From the IMG/VR virus record IMGVR_UViG_3300020182_000012: DNA of 64,000 nt; one strand, 5' to 3'. Origin of the DNA: a virus. Below are positions 27,494-38,200 of this stretch, in pieces. Position 1 is the stretch's first letter; each line of letters begins with the position of its first letter. Both the position numbers and the translations under genes were made by a program. The notes beneath the pieces are model-generated. The model had not been told where the DNA came from. It worked only from the letters and a program-made list of their open reading frames with translations, and searched no databases.

Positions 27494-28291
27494 ATGAACA
27501 AATTTGAACAACTTATCGAATTCGTTATTAACGACGAAGAAGATAAAGCAAAAGCTCTCTTTCATGAGATCGTTGTAGAGCAATCTAAAACAATCTATGA
27601 AGACATCATGTCTGAAGAATCAGACGCAGAAAAAGATGACCATGCTGAAAAAGCTGGTGATGAAGTTAAAAAAGACATCGAGTATGATGACAAAATGGAC
27701 GAGTCCATCGAAGAGTCAGAACTTGGTGGATCACAAGTTGACGATCTTATTGACGAAATTGAAGCCGAAGAGCAAGGCGTCACTTTTGAAGATGAAGAAG
27801 AAATCGAAATGGTTGACGTCGACGTTGAAGATGATGACGACGATGAAGAACTCGAAGATCGTGTTGTTGGTCTAGAAGACAAACTAGACGAACTTATGTC
27901 TGAGTTTGAAGAACTCATGGGTCAAGTTGATGACAACACTGACGACATCGACGATGTTGAAGATGACCATGAAGAAATGGACATGGACGACGAAACAGTC
28001 GAAGTTGACATGGAAATAGAAGGTCTAGAAGAAAATGTTGACCTAACTGCTGCTCCTAAAGCTGTTACCACTGAACCAGCTGGTACTCAAACGAGTAGTA
28101 CTGTGGCTGCCAACAGTGGCGCAAAAGGTGCTGTAGCAAAACCAGTTGACACAGACACTGCTCCAGAAAAAGGTCGCTCTGCTCCAAAAGCACAAGACCA
28201 AGGTAACACAACAAGACCAGACATGAAAGCTGCGCCAAAACCGCAACTAGCACAAGCGTCTGGTGTGAACACCAAAAGCGTTATTGACTAA
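27494..28291 (+). CDS. Highly acidic prohead core/scaffold-like protein
   Basis: D/E-rich; GGAGG SD before ATG 27494; lies between portal and protease like T4 gp67/68. Confidence 0.6.
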   Translation: MNKFEQLIEFVINDEEDKAKALFHEIVVEQSKTIYEDIMSEESDAEKDDHAEKAGDEVKKDIEYDDKMDESIEESELGGSQVDDLIDEIEAEEQGVTFEDEEEIEMVDVDVEDDDDDEELEDRVVGLEDKLDELMSEFEELMGQVDDNTDDIDDVEDDHEEMDMDDETVEVDMEIEGLEENVDLTAAPKAVTTEPAGTQTSSTVAANSGAKGAVAKPVDTDTAPEKGRSAPKAQDQGNTTRPDMKAAPKPQLAQASGVNTKSVID

Positions 28292-28305
28292 AAGGATAAC
28301 CAAGT

Positions 28306-28932
28306 ATGGCTCTTTATCTTAGAGAAAACCTTACCTTCGAAACCGCACAAATTCAACTCGTTGAAGGGAAAGACGGTAAGGAACTCTTTATGGAAGGCAT
28401 CTGCATACAAGGTGGTGTTAAGAACGCTAATGAGCGAATATACCCTGTGAGTGAGATTTCTAACGCAGTTAAAACTCTTAATGAACAGATCAAAGAAGGC
28501 AATAGCGTCCTTGGTGAAGTTGATCACCCGGATGACCTTAAGATTAATTTAGACCGTGTATGTCACATGATTACTAGTATGTGGATGGACGGTCCAAATG
28601 GATACGGAAAACTAAAAATACTTCCAACACCAATGGGCGAGCTAGTTAAAACTATGCTTCAGTCAGGTGTGCGATTGGGAGTATCTAGTCGTGGATCGGG
28701 TAATGTAGATCCACACAACGGACACGTCAGTGACTTTGAAATTGTTACTGTCGATGTAGTCGCACAACCCAGTGCTCCAAATGCTTACCCTAAAGCTATT
28801 TACGAAGGACTTTTGAACATGAAACATGGTCATGCAGTTCTCGAAATGGCTAGGGAGTCAGGGTCAAACGACAGAGTACAGAAGTACCTAACAGACGAAG
28901 TATCTCGTCTGATTAGGGACCTAAAGATTTAG
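28306..28932 (+). CDS. Prohead protease, gp21-like
   Basis: KNAN.R.Y, LGE.DHP, GVSSRG.G, D.VAQPSAP.A. Confidence 0.93.
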   Translation: MALYLRENLTFETAQIQLVEGKDGKELFMEGICIQGGVKNANERIYPVSEISNAVKTLNEQIKEGNSVLGEVDHPDDLKINLDRVCHMITSMWMDGPNGYGKLKILPTPMGELVKTMLQSGVRLGVSSRGSGNVDPHNGHVSDFEIVTVDVVAQPSAPNAYPKAIYEGLLNMKHGHAVLEMARESGSNDRVQKYLTDEVSRLIRDLKI

Positions 28933-28941
28933 GAGAATCGC

Positions 28942-30033
28942 ATGTTAGATGCTATTAAACCACTACTAGATAGCGACCTGGTTAATGAGGATACTCGTAA
29001 TGCTATTGCTGAACAATGGGCAGCAAAGTTGAATGAGACCAAAGAAACAGTTCGTGCAGAACTTCGCGAGGAGTTTGCACAACGCTATGATCATGATAAA
29101 ACAGTGATGGTAGAAGCCCTAGATAAAATGGTAACAGAAGGCTTGCAAGAAGAAATTGCTCAACTTAACGAAGAGAAAAAGGCACTTGCAGAGGACCGTG
29201 TAAAAGCCGCAAACGCAATGAAAGAAAATGCTAATAAATTTAATAACTTTATGGTATCAAAACTTTCAGAAGAGCTTCGCGAACTACGCACAGACCGCAA
29301 AGTACAAGCAGAAGGTTTTGGTAAGCTAGAATCATTTGTTGTAAGTGCTTTGGCCGAAGAAATCAAGGAATTCGCAGCAGACAAGAAAGACTTAGTTGAA
29401 ACTAAAGTAAAGCTTGTTAGCGAAGCACGTGGACAACTTGATAGTCTAAAAAGTAAATTTGTAAAAGAATCTGCTAAAAAGATGTCAACAACTGTTGCTA
29501 CTCATCTTACGCAAGAATTAAGTCAACTTAAAGAGGATATCAAAATTGCTCGTGAGAACAATTTTGGTCGCCGTATATTTGAAGCATATGCTACAGAGTT
29601 TGGTGCTACTCATCTCAATGAGAATGCAGAAGTACGCAAACTATTAGCTACTATTGAAGATAAAGACATTAAGTTGGCAGAAGCCGTTAACGCTCAAAAA
29701 CAAGCCGCAAAGCTTGTTGAGAGTAAAAATCATGAAATTAAAATCATTCGTGAAGCTAATGAGCGGGAAGCTACATTAGACGAACTACTTTCGCCTCTTA
29801 ACGATGAAAAGAGAGAAGTAATGATTAATCTTCTTGAAAACGTTCAAACATCTCGTCTAAAGAACGCATTTGAGAAGTACTTGCCAGCAGTACTCAGTGA
29901 AGCTAAAGCAACTAAAAAAGCTGAAGCACTTGTTGAATCTACTGGTAACAAAACTGTTAAGGCCGAACAACAAAGATCCGAAACAAACAACGTTAATAAC
30001 GTTATCGATCTTAAGCGCCTAGCAGGGCTTTAA
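28942..30033 (+). CDS. Prohead core scaffold, gp22-like
   Basis: Coiled-coil, FGRRIFEA; between protease and major capsid gene. Confidence 0.8.
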   Translation: MLDAIKPLLDSDLVNEDTRNAIAEQWAAKLNETKETVRAELREEFAQRYDHDKTVMVEALDKMVTEGLQEEIAQLNEEKKALAEDRVKAANAMKENANKFNNFMVSKLSEELRELRTDRKVQAEGFGKLESFVVSALAEEIKEFAADKKDLVETKVKLVSEARGQLDSLKSKFVKESAKKMSTTVATHLTQELSQLKEDIKIARENNFGRRIFEAYATEFGATHLNENAEVRKLLATIEDKDIKLAEAVNAQKQAAKLVESKNHEIKIIREANEREATLDELLSPLNDEKREVMINLLENVQTSRLKNAFEKYLPAVLSEAKATKKAEALVESTGNKTVKAEQQRSETNNVNNVIDLKRLAGL

Positions 30034-30053
30034 AAAAGAAAAAGGAGACAGAA

Positions 30054-31265
30054 ATGTCACAAGAACTACTAGAAAACAGATGGAGTGAGACCAAGGAAGC
30101 CCTCCTAGAAGGCCTTCAAGGTTCACGCCGTTCAACAATGGGTGTTATCCTAGAAAACACTCGTAAGCACTTGGCAGAGAATGCAACAGCAGGTTCAACT
30201 TCTTCCGGTAACGTAGCAACACTTAACCGTGTTATCCTACCAGTTATCAGACGTGTTATGCCAACTGTTATTGCTAACGAACTAGTCGGCGTTCAGCCAA
30301 TGACTGGCCCAGTTGGCCAAATTCACACACTACGTGTTCGTTATGCAAACGCAATGACAGACAACTCGGCAGCAGCAACAAGTACAGCCGCTGGTGACGA
30401 AGCACTAAGTCCATTCAAAATTGCACAAGCTTACTCCTCTGCGTCCACAGTGACAGCAGGCGTTGTACAAAATGCACAGAACACATACCAAGGTGCAAAC
30501 ACAGCAGTACTTGAAGGCTCCGGTGGTCGTCAGATTTCCGTACAAATCCTCAAGCAAGCTGTTGAAGCAAAAACACGTAAGCTACAAGCTCGCTGGACAT
30601 TTGAAGCAGCACAAGACGCACAAGCCATGCACGGCATTGACGTTGAAGCTGAAATCATGGCAGCACTTGCTCAAGAAATTACTGCTGAAATCGACCAAGA
30701 GATCCTACTTTCTCTACGTTCACTAGCAGCAACTGAGTTTACATACAACCAAGCCACAGTATCAGGTACAGCAACATTTGTTGGTGACGAGCATGCAGCT
30801 CTTGCAGTTCTAATCAACCGTACAGCTAACTTGATCGCTCAGCGTACACGCCGTGGCGCAGGCAACTATGCTGTTGTTTCCCCTGCTGCACTTACAGTGC
30901 TACAGAGTGCAACAACAAGTGCATTTGCTCGCACAACAGAAGGCACATTCGAAGCACCAACAAATACTAAATTCGTCGGTACATTGAATGGCACAATGCG
31001 TGTATTCTGCGACTCATATGCAGGCGACACAACTCCAGTACTAGTTGGCTACAAAGGCGCAAGTGAAACAGACGCACCAGCGTTCTATTGCCCATACGTA
31101 CCGCTAATGAGTTCGGGCGTTGTTCTTGATCCGTCCAGCTTTGAGCCAGTAGTGTCCTTTATGACACGTTATGGCTATATTGAGCTAACAAACACAGCAT
31201 CGTCCTTCGGCAACGCCGGTGACTATGTTGGTGAAATTGCTGTACAGAACCTTTCGTTCTCATAA
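30054..31265 (+). CDS. Major capsid protein, gp23-like
   Basis: GVQPMTGP.G, RKL.A.WT.EAAQD....HG.D.E.E, FYCPY.PL, TRYG. Confidence 0.96.
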   Translation: MSQELLENRWSETKEALLEGLQGSRRSTMGVILENTRKHLAENATAGSTSSGNVATLNRVILPVIRRVMPTVIANELVGVQPMTGPVGQIHTLRVRYANAMTDNSAAATSTAAGDEALSPFKIAQAYSSASTVTAGVVQNAQNTYQGANTAVLEGSGGRQISVQILKQAVEAKTRKLQARWTFEAAQDAQAMHGIDVEAEIMAALAQEITAEIDQEILLSLRSLAATEFTYNQATVSGTATFVGDEHAALAVLINRTANLIAQRTRRGAGNYAVVSPAALTVLQSATTSAFARTTEGTFEAPTNTKFVGTLNGTMRVFCDSYAGDTTPVLVGYKGASETDAPAFYCPYVPLMSSGVVLDPSSFEPVVSFMTRYGYIELTNTASSFGNAGDYVGEIAVQNLSFS

Positions 31266-31301
31266 GCTTTATCATTACAACCTGCACTATGCAGGGAGGA
31301 G

Positions 31302-31330
31302 AAAACAGCACCTTCGGGTGCTGTTTTTTT
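31302..31330 (+). terminator. Rho-independent terminator after the major capsid gene
   Basis: AAAACAGCACC-TTCG-GGTGCTGTTTT followed by a T run. Confidence 0.9.
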
Positions 31331-31361
31331 ATGTTAAGTTACTTTATAATTAAATACTACT

Positions 31362-32411
31362 ATGAATGTACACTGGCGATTTAATCACGGATCTAACTCT
31401 TTTGATCAAGTTGACGGAAATCCAATACAATATTATCAACAATTAATGGATCAAGTAAAAACTCCTACATTGATTATTGATATTAGTTTAGTTAAATTTA
31501 GAAATCTTGAACTATACTTGAATTTTGTGTTAGATTCTGCATCCAAAGAGAATAGTTTGCCAGCTTTTAAACAATTAATATTTGATGCCACACTTGATCC
31601 TGTTTATGACTATGATGAAAAAGTAAAAATTCTTAACAACTTTGTTAAAAACAAGGGCATTTTAGGATTTTTAAGTTTAAGCCATTTTACGTTAAATCAG
31701 CATAGTCATTTAACAGAAATAATGTATCCAAGTTGGTTTTTTATTTTTAAAAAACAAAAACTGCCAGAATTAAATTTAGATCAAAAAAAGTGGAAGTACA
31801 GTTGTCTTAATAGAAATCCGAGCTGGCACCGATTGATGCTCTATACAATGGTTAAAGAAAAAAATTTACTTGATCAGTTTGTTTATACATTCTATAATAA
31901 ATGTCCTTACAATGGTACAAAAGTTGATATTGCGTTTTATCATAAGAATAAAAAGTTCTTTGGCAACTACTATACTAACTGTATGAAAAGTATAAAAGAT
32001 TTACCTTTAACTTGGCCCGGTGATGTTCAAGGAGAGAACGATCATACGCTAAATCATAGTGCATATTTACACAGTGAGTGTAATATAGTAACTGAAACAA
32101 GTGCAACTGTGAGTTTTGTTAGTGAAAAAATTTGGAAACCTATTGCTGCTGGCCAGATATTCCATGTTGTTGGAAGTGCTTATACAAACAAATGGTTACA
32201 AGGTTTGGGGTTCCATGTATTTGATAAAAATGGCTATGACTCGATTATTGACAATACACAACGTATTAAAAAAGTCGTTGAACTGTTAAACGTAGAAACC
32301 ATGTGGAACAAAGAAAACTTGTGTAGCATTGAACATAATTATCATTTGTTTCACAGCGGAGTAGTAGAAAAAAGTATTTTAGATCCATTAGTTGCTATAC
32401 TTGACCAATAA
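31362..32411 (+). CDS. Hypothetical protein, glycosyltransferase-like
   Basis: CLNR...HR, NIVTET...SEK..KPI...GF..FD..YD; AT-rich; similar to 55838..56911. Confidence 0.45.
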   Translation: MNVHWRFNHGSNSFDQVDGNPIQYYQQLMDQVKTPTLIIDISLVKFRNLELYLNFVLDSASKENSLPAFKQLIFDATLDPVYDYDEKVKILNNFVKNKGILGFLSLSHFTLNQHSHLTEIMYPSWFFIFKKQKLPELNLDQKKWKYSCLNRNPSWHRLMLYTMVKEKNLLDQFVYTFYNKCPYNGTKVDIAFYHKNKKFFGNYYTNCMKSIKDLPLTWPGDVQGENDHTLNHSAYLHSECNIVTETSATVSFVSEKIWKPIAAGQIFHVVGSAYTNKWLQGLGFHVFDKNGYDSIIDNTQRIKKVVELLNVETMWNKENLCSIEHNYHLFHSGVVEKSILDPLVAILDQ

Positions 32412-32431
32412 ATTCTGCTAAATACTTTTCT

Positions 32432-32505
32432 AACGTAATACTACGTTTTATGCGGAACACCATCCGCGTAGTAGGCTAGAACCTACATCGGACTTCTACA
32501 AGGAG
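32432..32505 (+). promoter_or_regulatory. Structured 5' leader (three hairpins plus pseudoknot next to the SD)
   Basis: AACGTA/TACGTT, TATGCGGA/TCCGCGTA and GTAGG/CCTAC stems; loop TAGAA complements TTCTA just before AAGGAG; downstream of CTAAATA. Confidence 0.55.
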
Positions 32506-32513
32506 AAAACAAC

Positions 32514-33164
32514 ATGGGACGTCCTCTCAAAATTAAAATTTCTGATACTAGAGACGCTGGATTTAACAACCCAGACGGAAACGGTACACCAGCAGGCGAG
32601 CTATACTTTGGTCAAGTTGGCGGTAATTCAAATCTATCAAGTGGAGAGTTTCCGACAACAACATGTCGTGTTAAAATTGGCACAGTAGCAGAAGCTGAGG
32701 GTTATATTATCCGCCAAAAAGGTTCAACAAAATACCTCGTTGGCGATTCGACTGGTGTTACAGCCGGTTCGTTTATTGTTAATAACCAGTATATTATTAC
32801 AGCACTTGGCAACACTGACTGGCAAGCAATCGGTGCAGGCAAAGATGCAGGTGTTGGTTCTACATTTACAGCAAGTGGTGTAGGTTCGGGCACTGGTACT
32901 GCTGACACAATTGGTGTTTGTGTGCTATCTGACTTGGCTGACGCTGCACTAACTGCTGACACTATGACAGTAACTTATGCAGACGAAGGCTCGACACTAG
33001 TTCGCATCAAGCGCATGACCAACAAGTATGCAATCAACTTTGCTAACGCAAAAGTATTGGTTAACTACTTTAACGTTCTTGATGACACAATCGAAAAATC
33101 AGGCGCAGAAGGTTCAACAACAACTATTAATCTAGTACAGATTGAGAATCCAAACTACGGTTAA
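32514..33164 (+). CDS. Putative virion structural protein
   Basis: MGRPLK start, YI.RQKG..KY.V; late promoter, strong SD and own terminator. Confidence 0.55.
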   Translation: MGRPLKIKISDTRDAGFNNPDGNGTPAGELYFGQVGGNSNLSSGEFPTTTCRVKIGTVAEAEGYIIRQKGSTKYLVGDSTGVTAGSFIVNNQYIITALGNTDWQAIGAGKDAGVGSTFTASGVGSGTGTADTIGVCVLSDLADAALTADTMTVTYADEGSTLVRIKRMTNKYAINFANAKVLVNYFNVLDDTIEKSGAEGSTTTINLVQIENPNYG

Positions 33165-33185
33165 GATTAATTTTTTAACTTACTA

Positions 33186-33219
33186 ACCCTCATTGTAATA
33201 ACTACAATGGGGGTTTTTT
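33186..33219 (+). terminator. Terminator hairpin overlapping a late-promoter-like ATAACTA
   Basis: AACCCTCATTGTA...TACAATGGGGGTT followed by Ts. Confidence 0.65.
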
Positions 33220-33807
33220 ATGAGTGCAGCATTTATATTAGGAAATGGCAGAAGTAGACTAGCAGTTAATCCTAATAAATTAATGGAAATCGGTACAGTA
33301 TTTGGGTGCAATCGATTGTATCAAGAGTGCACACCTCATTGCTTGGTGGCCACTGACAGGCCAATCGCCGAGGAAATACAAAATTCTGGATATGCAAAAA
33401 AACATAGATTCCACACCCGAAAACCTATTGTGGATTTAGGAGGACAGTTTCTTGCTAAAGACTACAAAGGATTTAGCAGTGGGCCAAATGCTGCCAGTTT
33501 GGCGTTAATTGATGGACATAGTGACATATACTTGATTGGTATGGATTTTGGAACTACCAATGGTATGGTTAACAATATCTATGTTGATACAAAATTTTAC
33601 AAAAAAGAGCTCGACCCACCAACATACCCGGGTAATTGGATTAATCAAATCATCAAGCTCACTGAAGACTTTAGCACCAGACAATTTTGGAGAATAGAAG
33701 GCCCAGAATCAGCATTTGTGCCTAGGTTTAATAAAATACAAAATATGAGGATAATGTCTATGGACAAGTTTCTAGAGAAGGTAAATACTGCTAGAGGTCC
33801 ACTATGA
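33220..33807 (+). CDS. Hypothetical protein, Maf/DUF115/sialyltransferase-like Rossmann fold
   Basis: FILGNG.SR, GCN, SSG..A, IYLIG.D motifs. Confidence 0.5.
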   Translation: MSAAFILGNGRSRLAVNPNKLMEIGTVFGCNRLYQECTPHCLVATDRPIAEEIQNSGYAKKHRFHTRKPIVDLGGQFLAKDYKGFSSGPNAASLALIDGHSDIYLIGMDFGTTNGMVNNIYVDTKFYKKELDPPTYPGNWINQIIKLTEDFSTRQFWRIEGPESAFVPRFNKIQNMRIMSMDKFLEKVNTARGPL

Positions 33808-34469
33808 ACACAAAAAAAAGAATTGACGGCGATTACTATATTGAAACAATAAATGCCGATGACAGAGTATACATTGATACAGATACTCTTGAAGTTGACG
33901 GTAACTTGGTGGTTAGCGGCAACTTAACGTATATTAATACTGAAGAACTTAATGTATCAGATCCGTTTATTGTTTTAAACAGTAGTAACACAGCAACTTA
34001 TGCTGCCAATGCAGGTGTATTGACTCACAAAACTGCAAGCGACTATGCTGGTATTAGATACAGTGTTGATAACGGTCGTTGGGAATTGAGCACTGCTACT
34101 AGTGCAAGTGGAGAAACTGGCACTTGGGATGCAATCGGGACAGCATCGGCTGGTTCACCAGGTGGTCCTAACACAGCTATCCAGTTTAATAATGCAGGTA
34201 CGTTCGGCGGCGAAGCAGAACTTACTTGGGACCAAGGCACCGACACACTTTCAATTACAGGAATTGTTAGCGCCACTGGCAATGTTGCTGTTGACGGCGC
34301 AATTCAACTTGCTGATCAGAGTAGTGCCCCTGCCTCAGTAGCAAACACCACAGTTTTGTATGCAAACACAGTAGGTAGTGGCGGAACTGGTGTTTATTTT
34401 GTTGATGGCTCTACATCCGACGAACTAGTAAGCAAAAGCAAGGCCATCGTTTATGGCATTATATTTTAA
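33804..34469 (+). CDS. Virion/tail-fibre-associated protein
   Basis: V.GNL.V.GN......L.V.DP.I.LN and PGG.NT.IQFN.AG.FGG fibre motifs. Confidence 0.6.
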   Translation: MNTKKRIDGDYYIETINADDRVYIDTDTLEVDGNLVVSGNLTYINTEELNVSDPFIVLNSSNTATYAANAGVLTHKTASDYAGIRYSVDNGRWELSTATSASGETGTWDAIGTASAGSPGGPNTAIQFNNAGTFGGEAELTWDQGTDTLSITGIVSATGNVAVDGAIQLADQSSAPASVANTTVLYANTVGSGGTGVYFVDGSTSDELVSKSKAIVYGIIF

Positions 34470-34479
34470 GGATTAAAAA

Positions 34480-34794
34480 ATGGCAATTCAAACAACCGAA
34501 GTTGTAAACTCAGATACCACAGTGTACACAAGCTCGGACAACAGTGCAATTACATATGCAGCGTTTACAAATTATACCGGTGCTACTATTAGTATAGATA
34601 TACATATTGTTCCAAGTGGAGACAGTGTAGGAAATGTTAATTGTGTTGCAAAATCATTAGAAATCACATCAACTGACACATATCAACTATATGCAGGCGG
34701 CGAAAAACTATTGCTTAGTAACAATGATTTTATTAGTGCTGTTGCAAATGTCGCAACAGGTGTAAATTCAGTAATTTCGTATACTGGTATCTAA
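34480..34794 (+). CDS. Small virion structural protein
   Basis: Beta-rich, 104 aa, EKL.L...D; lies in the fibre cluster. Confidence 0.5.
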   Translation: MAIQTTEVVNSDTTVYTSSDNSAITYAAFTNYTGATISIDIHIVPSGDSVGNVNCVAKSLEITSTDTYQLYAGGEKLLLSNNDFISAVANVATGVNSVISYTGI

Positions 34795-34795
34795 T

Positions 34796-35230
34796 ATGGC
34801 TGCTAATCCAAGCTCGGGGCAATTTTTAAAAAATTACAGAATACCGTCGTCTAGTACGAGTGTGGTTATTCCAGGCGGCGCAACTGCTGACCGACCTACT
34901 GCTCCAACATTTGGTAGTTTTAGATTTAACACTAGCACTGGCGGCATGGAATATTTTGATGGAACTGTATTCAAGTCAGTGGGTGTTGCTGGAGAAGCAA
35001 ACTTGGTAGTTGATGCATTCACAGGTGATGGGTCTACACTTTCTTTTACACTTAGTACATCAGTGAGCGACGAAGATCAAGTTATTACCTTTGTTTCAAA
35101 CATTTATCAGCAACCTGTGGGAGTATATACCATCACCGGTGGCGGTAACGACATTACCTTTAGTGCAGCACCCCTTGATGCTGAGCCAATTCATGTGATT
35201 CACGGACTAGGAACAGTACCTGCAACCTAG
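34796..35230 (+). CDS. Tail-fibre-associated protein
   Basis: G.TADRP...G..RFNT and GDGST..FTL modules shared with 38664 and 40138. Confidence 0.6.
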   Translation: MAANPSSGQFLKNYRIPSSSTSVVIPGGATADRPTAPTFGSFRFNTSTGGMEYFDGTVFKSVGVAGEANLVVDAFTGDGSTLSFTLSTSVSDEDQVITFVSNIYQQPVGVYTITGGGNDITFSAAPLDAEPIHVIHGLGTVPAT

Positions 35231-35241
35231 ATTAAATCTAG

Positions 35242-35249
35242 TATAAATA
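35242..35249 (+). promoter_or_regulatory. T4-type late promoter TATAAATA (representative)
   Basis: TATAAATA or ATAAATA/CTAAATA variants precede many structural genes, e.g. near 5800(-), 6214(-), 13479(-), 23137, 25378, 27139, 32418, 39997, 45661, 47057, 50895(-), 53486, 57813, 61177. Confidence 0.8.
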
Positions 35250-35277
35250 CAATAAGATTTAGAGGATAGCATTATAA

Positions 35278-38200
35278 ATGGCAATTGCACGGGTTTCTGG
35301 TAATGCATTAGCAAACGATTTACAACGGAGCACTAATTTAGCAATTAGCACAGATGCGTTGTATATCGACGTGGCTAACAGCAGAATTGGTGTTAACACT
35401 ACATCAACTACCCATGCTATTACAACACCCGACGATGCCTCAATTGGCAATGTTGTAATTACTGGTAACAGTATCACATCTAATCTTGGAAATCTTGACT
35501 TGTCAGGGTCAGAGCTTAACTTAGGTGCAGTCGAAGATATAACAATCACAGGCGGCTCAAGCGGCACAGTGTTGAGCACCGACGGTGCTGGCGTTCTAAG
35601 TTTTATTCCAATTAGTAACGTTGGGGGGCTAACAGGTAATGTTATTAGCCTTGGGACACCAACTGACGGAGATCTAACAACTAATGTAGCTTATAATGAT
35701 TGGACAACTAATACATTTGTAACTGACGGTCTTGATGATCTCAATCAAGTTGCACTAAACATTGCTAATGGCACATATGTTGGCCAAGTTGAATTTACTG
35801 GTACGCCTGTTGCAGGACCGAGCCCGCAAACTGTAACATTTAGTGGAAGTTTAGTAGGTACTGCTGATAACTATCTTTGGGACTTTGGCGATGGTAATAC
35901 ATCAACAAGTGGCCTTAATGTTAGTCACACGTATAACGATGATGGCGGCGGACAATTTACTGTGTCACTGACAGCATTTAACTCTGATGGCACTTACCAA
36001 GGAAATGTTTCTCTTGGCGCAAAAGGTTCAGTTGACACCAGAACTAGAACAAACTATATTACACTTTACACCCCGAATCCTGTACCGGCATTTACTATAA
36101 CAGACAACAGCATCGACAGTGGTGCATTAGCTGAGATTAATAATACATCAACAAATGTAACATCAAGCTACGAACTTGATTGGGGAGATGGTGTTGCAAA
36201 TACAAACCCGGCATTGGGCTGGACAACACTTACAAATACCTACACCAACTCAGGCGGCGACGAGCAGTACACAATTGTACTAGCTGGTACGTCAAGCACA
36301 GCCGGGCCAACTCCGGTTACAGTATACAGTGCGCCAGGAACAGTGAGTGTGTACAGTGATCACACTAGTCAGTTTACTGCTAGTGCAACTACATTAGTTA
36401 ACGAAGAAGCAACTTCCGGTGGTGTGGTAACATTTACAAACACTGTTGCCACTGACCCAGGAACTACTGCGGTGTTTGGTAGTCAGCAAAAATATCTTTG
36501 GACATGGGATGATGGGTCAGTTGCTAATGTTAATATACAAAGTGGAGTTGCCGGTAACCCAGGATCTACTATTGATCATACGTTTGCCCTCAGTTCAGGT
36601 AATCAAGCAAGCGGCACGAGCCAAACATTTGATGTTACTTTACAGGTAAGAAACGGCAGCACCAATTCACCTTTTGTGAGTGGTACTACTACAATTACAA
36701 TTGAACCAGATGTGAGATCAATCTACACCGGGTCCGCAGTCACACTCAGTGACAGAACAGGCGATAATGCACAAGATGGTTATGTATTTACAGACTATCG
36801 TGACGGTGCAGACAGAGCATTATTTACATTTGACAATATCAGTCAGAATGCAACAATATTTGATTGGGCGTTCGGCGACGGCAACACAACTGGTAACATT
36901 ACTAGTGGTGCTGGTACACCTGGTAATGGTAATATTACCAACACTTATTCAAGCACAGGCAACTATACAGTTGAGCTAGATGTTTACGGAACTCCTGCTA
37001 CTATAGCACAATCTGACAGCGAAGTCAAGAGCAACTATATTCAAATTAATGCAAATCCTGCACAACCAGGTGCATTAAGTACTAAGACATTGAGTTTACA
37101 AGATTCAAGTCAAGGGACGTCTCCATTGTTGGCAGCTAATGCTACAGATAATAGTGGAGGTAACATTGTTGCAGCAGGATCGAGTGTTACACGCTATACA
37201 ACTACTACAACTATTAATACAAACAATGTTACAAATGCAAATACTGCTATATCAGGAACACTGTCAGCACAGTTTAACGGATCAGCAGCAGGCAATGTTA
37301 CATTTACTAGCAGCGGTGATGCATCGGGTACATACACAGATTTGATTGTTGTTGCAGATGGCGATGCACACGATGAAATTAGTGCAAGCACTTACCCAAG
37401 TGGATTTGCTAAAGTATTTGATGCACGGTGGCAACGTGCCCTTAGTGGAATTAGTGTAGGTTACAACGATGCAAAATTAAGTCATACCACTACCGGCGAC
37501 ACTAATCTTGTTGATTTTGTTAAAGATGACATGACTGATGTACCGACGGTAGTGCAAGGTAACGCAGTTATTGTAGAACAAACTGCCGGCACTTACAGAT
37601 ATATTTCGGGTGTACCATATTACAATACAGGCAGTCCTGCTATTCAAATTCAGGGTTTAGAAGTATCCAACTTGACAGGGCAGACATACAGAAATACCAG
37701 TCAGCCTATACAGTTTACCACAGGCACATTAGCTGAGGGCACAAGCGGCAGTATTATTAACACACAAACAAAAACCTACAGTGATATCAACGGAACTCCA
37801 AGTTTTGTTACTGCTGGAATTGTTAATGCAGACGTTGGTGTTGCAAGCCCGCAACCAATGGGTAATATTACACTGAGTGTAAACGGTAGCGCAAGAGCAG
37901 TTGGGTATGTTGATAGTCAGATGTTCAATGTTAACGGATCTAGTGGTGTAGTAAACATAACTAATCAATATATTCAAATCTACAGTGCAAGTTTATCAGG
38001 ATTTGATGAACAAAATATTCCTGTTGCAGATGCACTAGGAAGTGTTTTTGACGATGATGGGTTGCGAATCACTGGATTAGGAAGTGCAGCAGACAACCCT
38101 GCATTTAACAGTGCAACAAACTATTATACTTCCAATGCCTGGAGTGGTGCAGAGACAATTGCCGGAACACAAGAAGCAGTTGTGCGCTGGGGCACATTGG

